From Podarcis erhardii (lineage: Eukaryota), in NCBI GenBank assembly GCA_964252035.1, contig OZ176200.1: a stretch of DNA of 64,000 nt; one strand, written 5' to 3'. Below are positions 37,763-49,649 of this stretch, piece after piece. Under the pieces are notes generated by a model, which worked only from the letters and a program-made list of their open reading frames with translations, was not told the DNA's origin and made no database searches. Both the position numbers and the translations under genes were made by a program. Within the stretch, counting starts at the first letter, position 1. Each line of letters opens with the position of its first letter.

Positions 37763-38288
37763 CCATATATACTTGAGTATAAACCGAACTGAATATAAAC
37801 TGAGGCACCTAATTTTACCACAAAAAACTGGGAAAACTTATTGACTCGAGAATAAGCCAGTTCACCACACCACAAACCTCCTGGTGGGTCAGAGTGCGTG
37901 AGTGCGCGCGCTCATGCACACATGGCAGAGGGGGTTTCTCTTCCCACCCCCACCCCCAGCCCCAGCCCCTCCCATCCCCCTGTCTACCCAGGGTGCTGTC
38001 AAGAGGCAGAGGCCGGTGGCGGCAGCAATGGAGAAAGAACAAGCAGCCCAAAAGGGTTGCTTTTGGGCTGCTCGTTCCTCCTCCGCTGCCAACAACAGCC
38101 TCTGCGGCTACTGTGCCCGCACTTGGCAGAGCGGAGGCGGCACGAGTGGTGGCAGCAAACAGCTTGCTCTGACGAGGGGCTGCTGGAAATGTGCTCGGGT
38201 AGGACCCTCATTCGAGTATAAGCCGAGGGGGGCTTTTTCAGCATAAAAAATGTGCTGAAAAAGTTGGCTTATACACGCGTATGTACGG
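37763..38288. mobile_element. Non-autonomous Tc1/mariner (pogo/Tc2-like) element with TA TSD
   Basis: Imperfect TIRs (ccatatatacttgagtataaaccga / ttggcttatacacgcgtatgtacgg), TA at 37761-37762 and 38289-38290, and internal repeats of ctcgag.ataagcc. Confidence 0.75.
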
Positions 38289-38406
38289 TAACCAGGTTCC
38301 TTCTAAACAAGATTTGAAACCAGGAATCTATGTGAAGTGGGGAAGATTGGTGTGGTTACTTTAGTTTGTTGTAGTATTCGAAAGAATACTGTGTAATATA
38401 AATCAA

Positions 38407-38583
38407 GGATAACTCAGTCCATAGAGCATGAGACTCTTAATCCCAGAGTTGTGAGTTCAAGCCCCAAATTGGGCAAAACATCCCTGCATGACTGCTGGGA
38501 TAGCTCAGTTGGAAGAGCATGAGACTCTTAATCTTAGGGTCGTGGGTTTGAGCCCCACATTGAGCAAAATATTCCTGCATTGC
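38407..38583 (+). mobile_element. Two head-to-tail truncated tRNA-Lys(CTT)-derived SINE heads (Squam3-like)
   Basis: Two copies of gatagctcag..agagcatgagactcttaatc..agggt.gtgggtt.gagccccac.ttg.gcaaaa..tcctgcat. Both lack the CR1-like tail and have mutated A/B boxes. Confidence 0.75.
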
Positions 38584-39844
38584 CAACTCAACAATTCTAT
38601 GGTTTTATGAAATATTAAGATAAAGCATCGAAAACCAGAAAAGGTTTGTTTCAACGCAGCCATATTTTCCTTTTAAAAAAAAAATGTGATAATTTTTGGT
38701 TAAAATTAAAACTACGTAATTTAAACAATCTCTTAGGAGAGATTTTTAGTCTAAATTTTTGCTTGACTTTAGCAGTGAGCAATATAGAGCTATGCTTTCA
38801 GTATAAAAATTAAGAGTTCCTATTTTATAGAAGAAATTTGTTACAGAAGCTCCTTTTACAGCATGCCTCTCACACCAAGTTTTTAATGTGAACATCGAAA
38901 GCTTCATGCGTGAAGGTTTAATTATCCCATTAATGTTATACATTAACAGTGTAGCATCAGCAGTGGTATATCTCTAGTTAGCATGAAAAATGTTTATTCA
39001 CATCATTACTTCTGTCTTTATGTAGCAGTTTTCTTATTGCTTGTTGTATAAAATATTAATAACGTATGTGACAGTGACATCATTTCAAGCCCTTAACTTT
39101 TGTAAACATAAGCCTGCTGCCATAAAACTAAACAGTGAAAACAGCACAGATGTGTGTCTGAGGATAGCGTCTCTGCTGCCCTATGAGCTTTTGTTTTCAG
39201 AGCTCCCTGATTAACCTCTACCTTTCATGGTTCATTGATTCACTGATAGATCAAGTTTAAACTAGTGCATATTAGCACATTTGTTACTACCAGAGGAACA
39301 GTTGGCTATTTTGTTTTAAAGTCCTAGTTCACTTTAGCAAAGGAAGCTACAATGAGCAATTCAATAGAGCATAGGCTCTAATGATGCTAAAGGCTACAGC
39401 ACTTATATGCCGGTAATGAGACCTGAAACTATTTAACATTATTAGATTATAAAGTTGTTTGCTGTAAGACTGCTGAATAATATATTTTGGGAAGGAGAAA
39501 ACAAAGTCCCTGGTGAATCGAGATATCGAAGCAAATTCTCCAAACCCTTTGGGAAATCATTTTAGGGTTGTATTGATGTTTCTGCAAATCATTTTGCTGG
39601 TTTCATATATAACAACTTCCAACTCATAAACCATTGGTTATTGGACTGAGAACAAGCCATGCATGTACCCATGCATGTCCTTTTACCACACTCTTGTGTA
39701 CACTATGCATGACCAGTTTTAGAAAAGATGTGGTTTGTTAAGCCATGGTTTCTCCACTTAGATGTTATGGTTAACTCTGGTTTAGCAAAGTCTAATATGT
39801 TCATTAAATCTGGATCCACAGTGTGAATGGGACAGAGGAGAGCA

Positions 39845-40290
39845 TGTCAGGGCCCCTGACCCCAGGGGCCTTCAGTACTTTGAGGAAGATTCAGAGGAAG
39901 ATGAGGCACATGCTGCTGCCTCCAGGGAATAATCTTCAGTAGCTTCTCTCTTGCTATCTTTGCCGGAGGACGTGGACCTGAAGACAAAACCCCAGCAGCA
40001 CACCCCAAAGTAGCTAATGGATACAAAATTAGGGAAAGGCCTTTAGAAAAGCAAAGTCCCCCTTCAGGTAGATAGAGTCATCCTATCGCAGGCCTTGTTA
40101 GCCTACAGCATCCCTCTATAGTTGCAGTAGGAGGGAGAGCTCCAACTAGCTAGCCCTAGAGCGATCTGTCCTTGGTCCTGACACCCCTGACCTCTGCTTG
40201 GAGACTTGACATTATTTTGCCTGTCCAGGAAGTTCATGCCTGAGTGTGTCCATTTCCCCTGCAAGCCTCAAGTCCCAATGAAACAATACA
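39845..40290. mobile_element. Possible solo LTR
   Basis: GC-richer 446-bp block that begins TG and ends CA, flanked by GAGCA / GTGCA (5-bp TSD with one mismatch). Family not recognised. Confidence 0.4.
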
Positions 40291-40346
40291 GTGCACAAAA
40301 ACAAAATTTATTTTTGGTGTGATAAACCATGGTCCTTAGTTAAGAG

Positions 40347-40415
40347 TCCTGGATAGCGCAGTTGGTTAGAGCATGGTGCTGATAATGCCAATGTTGTAAA
40401 AAAAAAAAAAATATC
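40347..40415 (+). mobile_element. Truncated tRNA-Ile-like SINE head followed by an A-run
   Basis: ggatagcgcagttggttagagcatggtgctgataatgccaa resembles the 5' half of tRNA-Ile. There is no T arm or acceptor stem. Confidence 0.55.
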
Positions 40416-41293
40416 AAAAAAATTGTAGCTGTTGTTTTATTTTTGGTGTGTGTTTTTTTCACTGAAAATTATGGGGATATCAGAGAGGGGCAAATAACTG
40501 CTAAACAAATGATCCTTTGAATTATCACCTGATGTGTACACGATTAGGATCGATGATAAATAATGTTGTATGGTAGGTGAAAGTTAACAAGATAATTTAT
40601 TTTTAAATGCTGTAGTGATAAAAGCACAGATTATCAACAAGACATGTTGTTTCAAAATGTGTATTTTGGCTTTCATCCCCCTCCCTTACTCTCATACCTC
40701 TATTTTATTGATCCTTTTAATCAAGGGCAGATTTCTTTTGCACCTGTGCACCTTCTGTGTGGCATGAAACATAATCTGTAAATCCTTAAAATTGTAGTAT
40801 CGAATCTCCACGGCAAATGTGAAGGGGTACTATTATCAAATCCTTGCTGACAGGCACTTCCTTTTTTTAAATTCTCGGGAGAATATTCTCTTCTCACTTG
40901 ATCTCCCTCCTTCTTTCAGGTTTGAACCATGACCTAAAACCTCTTTCGTGATAGCTGTCACATAATGCTCTTGATGAGGGTGACTGACTCATTTGTACTA
41001 GTTATTCTTAGCTGTAGAGATAGATGCACAAACAGGTCAGTTGCTCCAGTTGTTTCAGGATTACGTAGATGGCATATATAAGTAATGAGCAGCTTCGTGC
41101 AAAAAATAAAGAAAAAAAGATGGCCACAGACACAAACCAGAATTTGCTGTACCTTTTCAGGATGCAAATTCATCTGCAGGTGTTAATGTTTGCAATCCAT
41201 GCTTTTATTCTTTTGCAATGCTGTGTGTTCAAAGTGGTTTGAATTATCCTTAAAAACCCTGATGTGGTTTTTTCCTTGTGTTTTTTTTTAAAG

Positions 41294-41425
41294 GTTTTCC
41301 AAATAGGCCAAAGTCATTAAAGGTGTTTGTCAATCCAAATAGTCATAGAAAAGAGGCTGCTCGCATTTATCACGAACAAGTTGCACCTCTCTTTAAGCTT
41401 GCTGACATCAGGGCTGACGTTACAG
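41294..41425 (+). CDS. CERKL: CERKL coding exon 3 (132 nt)
   Basis: AAG| to |GTAAG. Encodes [44 protein letters not shown]. Confidence 0.97.
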
Positions 41426-41709
41426 GTAAGATGCTTTGTGGAACATGATTCGATCCATTTTTGGAGGTAGCATCTCCGCAAATGGGTCAGTCTGCATTTA
41501 ATGTTTCTATTTTAATGACATCACTTAGCACACATGATTTTAAAGAAATAAATTCCTTGTTAGCGAAAATTATTTTGTGTTGATGTGCAGTCATTGGTTT
41601 ATCTTTTAGTTAAATATTTTCATATGCTCTTGGTTTGTTAAATACCTTTCTCCATCCTGTTTATTAGTTACTGAAGTTATAGGAAATTAATGAAAAAATT
41701 AGTATAATA

Positions 41710-41951
41710 CAGTGGTACCTCTGGTTAAGTACTTAATTCGTTCCGGAGGTCCGTTCTTAACCTGAAACTGTTCTTAACCTGAAGCACCACTTTAGCTAAT
41801 GGGGCTTCCTGCTGCTGCCACGCCGCCGGAGCACAATTTCTGTTCTCATCCTGAAGCATAGTTCTTAACCCGAGGTACTATTTCTGGGTTAGCGGAGTCT
41901 GTAACCTGAAGCGTATGTAACCTGAAGCGTATGTAACCCGAGGTACCACTG
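41710..41951 (+). mobile_element. Tigger/pogo-type MITE (CAGTGGTACCTC TIR), TA TSD
   Basis: TA|cagtggtacctc...gaggtaccactg|TA, with internal repeated ttcttaacc / gtaacctgaag motifs. Confidence 0.92.
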
Positions 41952-43862
41952 TATGTTATTCACTAACCCTGCAAAAGGCAAGACTTTCTAGGGAGTAAGA
42001 CAACAAACCTGTACACAATCAAACTGGGAGTTAGCCCCACTGAACTCATTGAAACATGCTTCTGGGTAGCCATGCATAGGATTGCACAGTGATAGAATGG
42101 AAGCAGTTCAATTACTCAGTCCCGGGTGGGGAGTTGGAACTTGTCCAACCTTATACAGAGTTGCATTCCAAATATGAGTGCCCCCCAATGTAGTATCAAA
42201 TATTATATTATACACTTATATTTCCCCACCTACGCATTGTCGCAAGCACCTTTCTATCAGGTGCACAGCACTTTCTTTCTGTTCCTCTCTCATAAAAATC
42301 AACATATGCAGTCACACTCATACACACCCCAGATGGGTTTGCAGGCACAAACAGTAGTAGACTGTGTTGTGGCAGAGGCAGTTCCACCAGACCTGGGAGA
42401 GGTAAAGCAAGGAAGATGGTGCAAATATACTTACAGGACCACTGAATCGGCTTCATTGGTGTGTTTGCAACATGCCAACCTCACCACTGCATTGCCCTTT
42501 CCCCTTCTGGTAAGTAGCAGTGACTTACCTGCCAGGAGGTCAGGTAAGCAGCTCTGACCCATCATGCTGGCTCCTAGTAGTCATGCAATCACACACACAC
42601 AGAACATATCCTTTCCTCTCTGCTCCAGCACTGAGATAGGAATGGCTAGAAAGTTCACTCTGCCTACCTTTTAGATCTACCTAGGCTGCCATTTACTGTC
42701 CAAGAGCAGGCAGAGGACCTATGATATCAAGTAATTGGCAGTTGGATGCAGTTTGTCTGAAGCTGCCTTGCTGGTCAAATTCAGAGACCTGGTGGACCTA
42801 ACTAGGCCTACAGGTCAGAGGTACCCCATGACTGCTCCGTCCAGAGATCTCTGGGACTAGCACTTCTACTTGCTTAGATGCTGAATAGATTATTCAGTTC
42901 TTACAGGCCCAGTAGTGTTTTTGGCTCGTTCCTCCTACCTTTCCAGACAGGCGAACAGTGCTTTCAGAGCTGAAAAACTGCTTGCTGGCACATGCCTGGT
43001 GCATGTGTACGAAACATGTACTCTGGAGATAAATGTATGCCATGACAATGACATGCAGAGGAAATCTGGAAGAGTTTTTGTGCATTCACACTATTCTTGC
43101 TGAAGAATTGTGTCCTTTTATTATTAAATCCCAAACTTTCTTATCGTAAAGTCTGTTCATAGCATATTGCTATGGTTAGTGGTTAACACTCCTCCTACAG
43201 GTTAATTTGGAAAATGACATGTACTTCGGTTTTGTCAGATATAATTTTATCAGACCAAGAAGTTCTTCTGCTGTGTATCAACTGACATAGATTGCACATG
43301 GATATATGAAATTTATTTTTAATAGTAAAATCATAAAAATGTGCGCTAGGTATTTATGCAGAACTGGAGTTCAAGAAAAAACATGCTTACTGATTTTTTA
43401 TTAAAAAAATAAGTGTGTTGCCTTTAAATTAAATCATCCTTCATAGTTTATGTTGCTCAGCCAATCAGAGGAACAGTCTGTAAAGTTGAGATATATTTCA
43501 GTAGAGCAGGAAGACTTTAATTAGTAGACTGCTAGAATCTTTTTTGTGGTAAAACCCCTTCAGTCTTTATGTGAGCAAAACCTTTCTTCACAAATCTAAG
43601 ATGAAAGTAAGGCTTGGGAGGGTCCTTCGTTAAAATGAAAACTCCATACTATAAGCTAAATTCTGCAACCTGCATAATTTAAGCATTTGGCTATATTTAC
43701 TTATTTTGATTTTGCTGAGGCACTTTTGTTTTAAAATTGTGGATCTGTTTGCTGTCCCAGGCTCCTTCGGAAGCAAGGGCAGAAAATAGTTCAATAAATA
43801 AGAATGATTTTAAGAAAATTCATACTTCTGTTCCACACAATGCTGCTATATTTTGCCGTGCA

Positions 43863-43892
43863 GCATCATCATCATCATCATCATCATCATCA
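43863..43892 (+). repeat. (CAT)n microsatellite
   Basis: Seen directly in the sequence. Confidence 0.9.
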
Positions 43893-45969
43893 CATTTATT
43901 AGATGCTTTTTCTTGCTGCTACTCAAACCAACTTTCAAAAAAATTAAAATTGAATGAAACACTAAACTATGGTTTAATGCTATAAGAAGAGCCCTCAACT
44001 TGTTTCCTCCACTCCTCTCCTCCTTGGGTGTAGCAAGCAGGGGAAAATCAAAGCACATGCCCCTGTTTTCAGTGAATGGTGGTTTGTCATTATGTTTAAA
44101 CTGGGTCAGGCTTTGCTTAGTTCTTAGCTATTGCATGTCCAAGCTGGCCATTATGCATGGGCTTGGCTTGTTTGGATAAACCATAGTTAAATCCATCCAC
44201 CATTTTGATTCAGCCATAATGGAAAAACTACAGTTAGCTGGAAAAAAGAAAGCCAATGCTTCTGATATCTTACTTCTGCCTACACATAACCCTAAACAAG
44301 GCGAGAGCAAAACTAGATTCAGACATAATCTCACTCTCACTCTCACTCTCGTCTTGGCTTCTGACTATTTGCATTTGAGCTTATTGGTTCATATTTGCCC
44401 TTCATGTTGGCCAGTGAGAGTGTCAAAGAAGCAGGGGAAATGTATACCTAAGCATGTTTTGAGTACATGATTCCCGAGCCTTGCTAAGTCATGCTAAAGA
44501 TGGGATGCGTAGAGCTATAAGAGCATTTCAAACTTGCCTCCCAAGGATTGTAAAAAAATCTTTGTAGCTTCTGGCACGATTCTAGCTTTGCAGGCATATA
44601 TTTGAGCAGGGGGCCCTTCTTTCTACGCATCTCTACAGCTTTGAGGGGTGAGAAACTTGTTTACACATTAGTGACAGTGCTACAAAGCTGCTTCTGGGCT
44701 CTTCACTTTGCACTCTTGACCTTTTAAGACTAAAGGTCAAGGGTTTAGCATATGTAGAGACGAGATGTTATGCTGTTTTGTGGCTGGAATTCCCATTTGC
44801 AGCCCCAGGTGAGAAACTGTGCTATGGTGTACTGCACCGTTTTTGTTGTTGTTTTTTGCTTTAGGACTTTGCTACCCATCCTAATGAAGCAGGCAGGAGG
44901 CTAACTCTAAGGCAAAATACAAATAATGATGTGTTTATGAGTTGTTTTTAAATAACCACCGAGTGAGCGCAACAATATTTAAAAGCACTGGAGAGCGAGA
45001 ATGTACTCTCACCAAAGACAGACAAGCATGAAAGATTAATGTAATCTTGCATATAATAATGCACATTCTTACACAAAAAATCCATCTGGAGGTGTCATGT
45101 CAGTCAGCAGAAATCTTTGATGAGCGGATGCAGCTGGGCTGTCTCTTCTGGCAAAGATGCCCTAGAAAATGCTAAATGTGGTTATGATGCTTGATGCCAT
45201 CTGCATTATGCCAGTTTAGTCTTTCTTTGCCGGATTTGCTGTACTGCATTGGATATCAACAAACAGAGACAGCGATGTAGAGTGACAGATTCCTTTTCTC
45301 CAGAGGCTACAGACTCTGGTGTATACTTGTACCACCACCCTCCTGTGTTATATTCTTTCGTTACTGGTCTCCGGTCTTTGTTATTTCCATGGTTAACTTG
45401 TCCAACTTAGAAATGTGCATTTACTGATGCAAATACCATTTCGTTTTCAGATAATTCAGTTCTGTGTGGTGTGATATGATTGCATCTAGTAAAAGATGCC
45501 AGTTTATTCTTGTGCAGACGCTTGCATTTCAAAGATCTACAATTATAAATCGCAACATAACCATTGTATTGCTATGGAAAGAGCAGATAATGTACTGTAT
45601 ATAACTGAGTATCCACATAATCCTAGTTTACGAATTTGCAAACAAGTAACTGACTTTTTCTTGTTCAAAATATAAGGGAGAAATAGTGCCCATGATCACA
45701 ATCCATGATTAGTTCTGTCTACGCACTGGGGCTCTAGAATATATTTGTGTTTCTGGCATGCTGAGTGGCAAATGTGCTTTTGATATCCAGGAGAACTTAG
45801 ATTAGGAGATCCTTATGCCAAGTACTAAGTGAAAAACCCCAAAGATCTCCTGGGCATAGCTCTCTGAATTGTGAATTATGACTTCCAAAACAGATTTGTC
45901 AATTTACACTGAGAAGTTGAATGTTGCTGAAATTGTCTGTTTATGCATATTTGTCTGTTTATTTCATAG

Positions 45970-46033
45970 TTACAGAATATGAAGGACATGCTCTTAAATT
46001 ACTTAAGGAATGTGACCTGACGTCATTTCATGG
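45970..46033 (+). CDS. CERKL: CERKL coding exon 4 (64 nt)
   Basis: TAG| to |GTAAG. Encodes VTEYEGHALKLLKECDLTSFHG. Confidence 0.96.
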
Positions 46034-47535
46034 GTAAGTTTAACTTTTAACTGCTTTCTTCAACTGCAAGGATGCTGCTAATTCAAGGAAAGGGCAATCA
46101 GTGGCATAGGCACATAGCTTATTTTAAATCTTGGGGTTCTATCCCATGCATCATGTCTCAGAGTTTTGCTACAAACCCGTTATTCAATGCAGGCATTCCT
46201 GTGCACACCCAGAATTACCCCGCCACCATTTGACTCCCTACCAAATCAATCAGTCTGGGTTCACAGAAGCTCTCTGTATCATAGCATCCACAGGCTTTTC
46301 TATTGAGCTGGCTAATTTTAGATTTCCCCAGATGAAACAGGTGTAGGGTATCATAATATGTAATTCAAGCAATTCTGAGTTATGGTTTGTTTTATTAGTT
46401 TAAGCACATTATTGTTCTTATTTATTTCTTAGAATATTTTAATTAATTTAGAATCTTAATAAAGGTTCTTAAACCCTCAGACTTGAACAAGACAACAAAA
46501 TAAATTTCTCTTTCAAATAGCCAGTTAATTGAAACAGTTAGCGGTGTTCAATAAATTACTACTTGAGGCTTTTTACAGATAGGCCGTACCAGCTTGCACT
46601 AATTTTTATACTTCTGGATGCTATGCAGAAGAGTTGGGAGTAGAAAGCATATAAGCTTGCTCAAAATTTTGGGATCAGCAAGCCAACATTAAAGATAGCT
46701 GTGCATTTAGTTGTTCTAATTCTAGCTGTCTAGCTATATCTTGCCCTTCCTTTTAGGAGTTCAGGGCAGTGTAAATGGCTTTCCCACTCCCCACTTCATT
46801 CCCCCAACTCTGATGACAGTGACTGGCTCAGAGGCACCTAATGAGCTTCATGGGTAAGTCGGGATTTGGCCCTGGCCTCTGAAGCCTTAGTTCCATACTG
46901 TAGCCACTATAAGCAAGCTGGCTACTCTCTAACATAGCTGTTAAAGGCAACACAAATATGTCTAATTGCAGAAGCGGAATAAAATTCACAAGCAAAAGGT
47001 ATGGGATTTGACCGTTTGTGTGGTACAGCCACTACAAGACCAAGCTTCTAATCTGGCAGTCCCTGGTTTGAATTTTGTTTCTGCCATGAACACAGTGAAG
47101 GTAAGCTAGGCTGTGAGACTGCTCATAACGCCCCCTAGTGAGCTTACAATTTCTAAAGTATTGCCTTGAATAGATACAGATGGCAGAAATTTGGGTAAGA
47201 TAGCGAAGTGTCTTCGTTAATAACTCTTGCTTTGTGTTGCATTTTGTTTGCATGTCTAAGAGGTAGGGGCTCTTACTTTTATTGGGAAGGCTGGATGATG
47301 CAACTAGATCAGCATCAGCAGAGACATTTTTACTGCTGCTATTATTGGTATATTAGTGTTTCCTATTTTGTATGGTTTTTCCTATGCTGTAAGCTCCAGT
47401 GGAGAAGTTACTATATTTTGAACACTGCCATAGAAATTAGTTAAATAAATAGTTTAAGGGAATGTGATGAAAGTTGCTTTAATGGTTAAATAAATGGTAC
47501 AAACACACACTAGTACAAATTGGGTGATATCCAAC

Positions 47536-47888
47536 AGAGACATTGGCTGGCTTTGCTGTTTCCCCCCACTGTGATTTTTGCATCTCACACACACAAACCA
47601 AAAATTATGAAACCAATATCGCACCATGGATTTCAAACCAGTTTTGGATGATATATTGATATATTGCCCGGCCCTATTCTCTATATGAAATATAACTTGG
47701 GTATTACAAGTGAGAGAGATACTGCAAGCTGATGAGACTAATTTAATTTGGTATCCAACTCAAGTGTTAATTATTTTATCATGGATATGCTACAGTCAGT
47801 CTTGGGTGACATGCTTCATGCTATAAGAATGTTAGTTTTATGCAGAATTACAAAACCTGAGTTTTAACTTAGCTGGTTATCAAAATCA
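47536..47888 (+). repeat. Copy 1 of a local ~355-bp direct duplication
   Basis: Near-identical to 49292-49649 (roughly 90-95% by eye). Confidence 0.92.
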
Positions 47889-48402
47889 ATAGACCTGTTG
47901 AAATCAGCGGACTTCATTTGCATAAATAGTATTGTGTAATTTGACTAATGTGGGATATTGCCTGTTGACTGCATGGCAGCTGGGAGAAGTGCAGAGAGCA
48001 GAAATGCCATGGTGCAGCAAATCCGGATGCCTTCATCAGCCCCACCTGCAATGAAACAAGTCTCTCCCATATCGGCAGCAGGCACTGTAACTCTCAAACG
48101 GTTTGACTTTACCCCCAAAAGTGCACACTTCCATTATCTCCTGAGACAGACGGATGCCAACAACATATTAACAGGGGGAAGGGGATGAGAAAAGCACACT
48201 TATCATATTTGCAAAGCTCAAAAGAAGTCAAAGCTATGTAGAAAATTGTTCTGGAGCATATTAGTTCAATAAGCTGTCCTAGAAAGATTATAATCTGTTT
48301 CAGCTTGATCATATGTAATGCCTCGCACTATCTTTAGCCTAAAACTAAATGGTTTTTGAACTAAATTGTAATGAAGAGAGACCTGCCACTGTTTTGCTGC
48401 AG

Positions 48403-48545
48403 GGTGGTTTCCGTTGGTGGAGATGGGACTGCCCATGAAGTTGCTCATGGTCTTCTGCTTAGAGCCCAGATGGATGCCAGGAGGGATGTTGATGACATAA
48501 TTGCACCAGTTAGAGCACAAGTTCCTCTTGGAATAATACCAGCAG
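48403..48545 (+). CDS. CERKL: CERKL coding exon 5 (143 nt), containing the GGDG motif
   Basis: CAG| to |GTGAG. Encodes [48 protein letters not shown]. Confidence 0.98.
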
Positions 48546-49151
48546 GTGAGAGTATATAAAGCAATGAATACAAAAAATGGTACACGTAGTTTTTATGGTA
48601 TTGTGACAGAATCACTTTCAGATTTTATACTGTCTTGGGTTCTGTTATATTGTTCTCTGCTTATTGTTTGATTTATTTCTAAATCCCCAGTTATTTATTT
48701 TTGCTCCTGGCACAGTCCATATTCTTTATATGGCACTCTGGAGATGCCCACCTTTTCCTCACAGACCTAAGTATGGCCTCTGTAAACCCAACTTTGATTC
48801 TTAAGTGGACAACTGTTTATGGGAGTATGGGCAAGTTGCTGATCTCCATTTATCTTTCTGAGTAGTGGTCGGATCATGGCAGACTTCATGTACCATGCTG
48901 GGTTACCATGGAGGAATATGCATGTAAAGGGGGTGGAAGCCCTGAGTGGAAAAGTCCTCTCTGGTCTACCAGTAGGTACAAGATGTTTCATGCCATGTCA
49001 TTTCAGGAAGCACAAGAGATTCCCAGGGGAAATCAGTGAGAGATATCACCTGGGCAATACCTGTTTTTCAACATTGTGATATATCACTAGCTAAACATTG
49101 TGATATACTGATATATCACCATGTCTGAAATAAGGATGGAACAATGTAGAG

Positions 49152-49287
49152 CAGGCACCCCCAAACTCAGCCCTCCAGATGTTTTGGGACTAAAATTCCC
49201 ATCATCCCTGACATCTGGTCCTGTTAGCTAGGGATTATGGGAGTTGTAGTCCCAAAACATCTGGAGGGCCGAGTTTGGGGATGCCTA
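49152..49287. mobile_element. hAT MITE with 8-bp TSD, nested in an older hAT-like element (~49045-49437)
   Basis: TIR caggcacccccaaact / agtttggggatgccta. TSD ATGTAGAG at 49144-49151 and 49288-49295. Confidence 0.88.
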
Positions 49288-49291
49288 ATGT

Positions 49292-49649
49292 AGAGGCAAT
49301 GGCTGGCTTCACCGTTTTTCCCACACTGTGATTTTTGCATCACACAAACACACACAAACCAAAAATTATGAAACCAATATCGCAACATGGATTTCAAACC
49401 TGTTTTGGATGATATATTGATATATTGCCTGGCCCTATTCTCTATATTAAACATAACTTAGGTATTACAAGTGAGAGAGATACTGCAAGCTGATGTGACT
49501 AATTTAAATTGGTATCCAACTCAAGTGTTAATTATTTTATCATGGATATGCTACAGTCAGTCTTGAGTGACATGCTTCATGCTAAAAGAATGTTAGTTTT
49601 GTGCAGAATTACAAAACCCGAGTTTTAACTTAGCTGGTTATTAAAATCA
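49292..49649 (+). repeat. Copy 2 of the local ~355-bp direct duplication
   Basis: Matches 47536-47888. Confidence 0.92.

Noticed and set aside
38495-38570. Possible tRNA-Lys(CTT) gene
   Set aside because: B box is mutated (GGTTTGAG), the acceptor stem is broken and it continues into SINE body sequence, so it is a SINE head.
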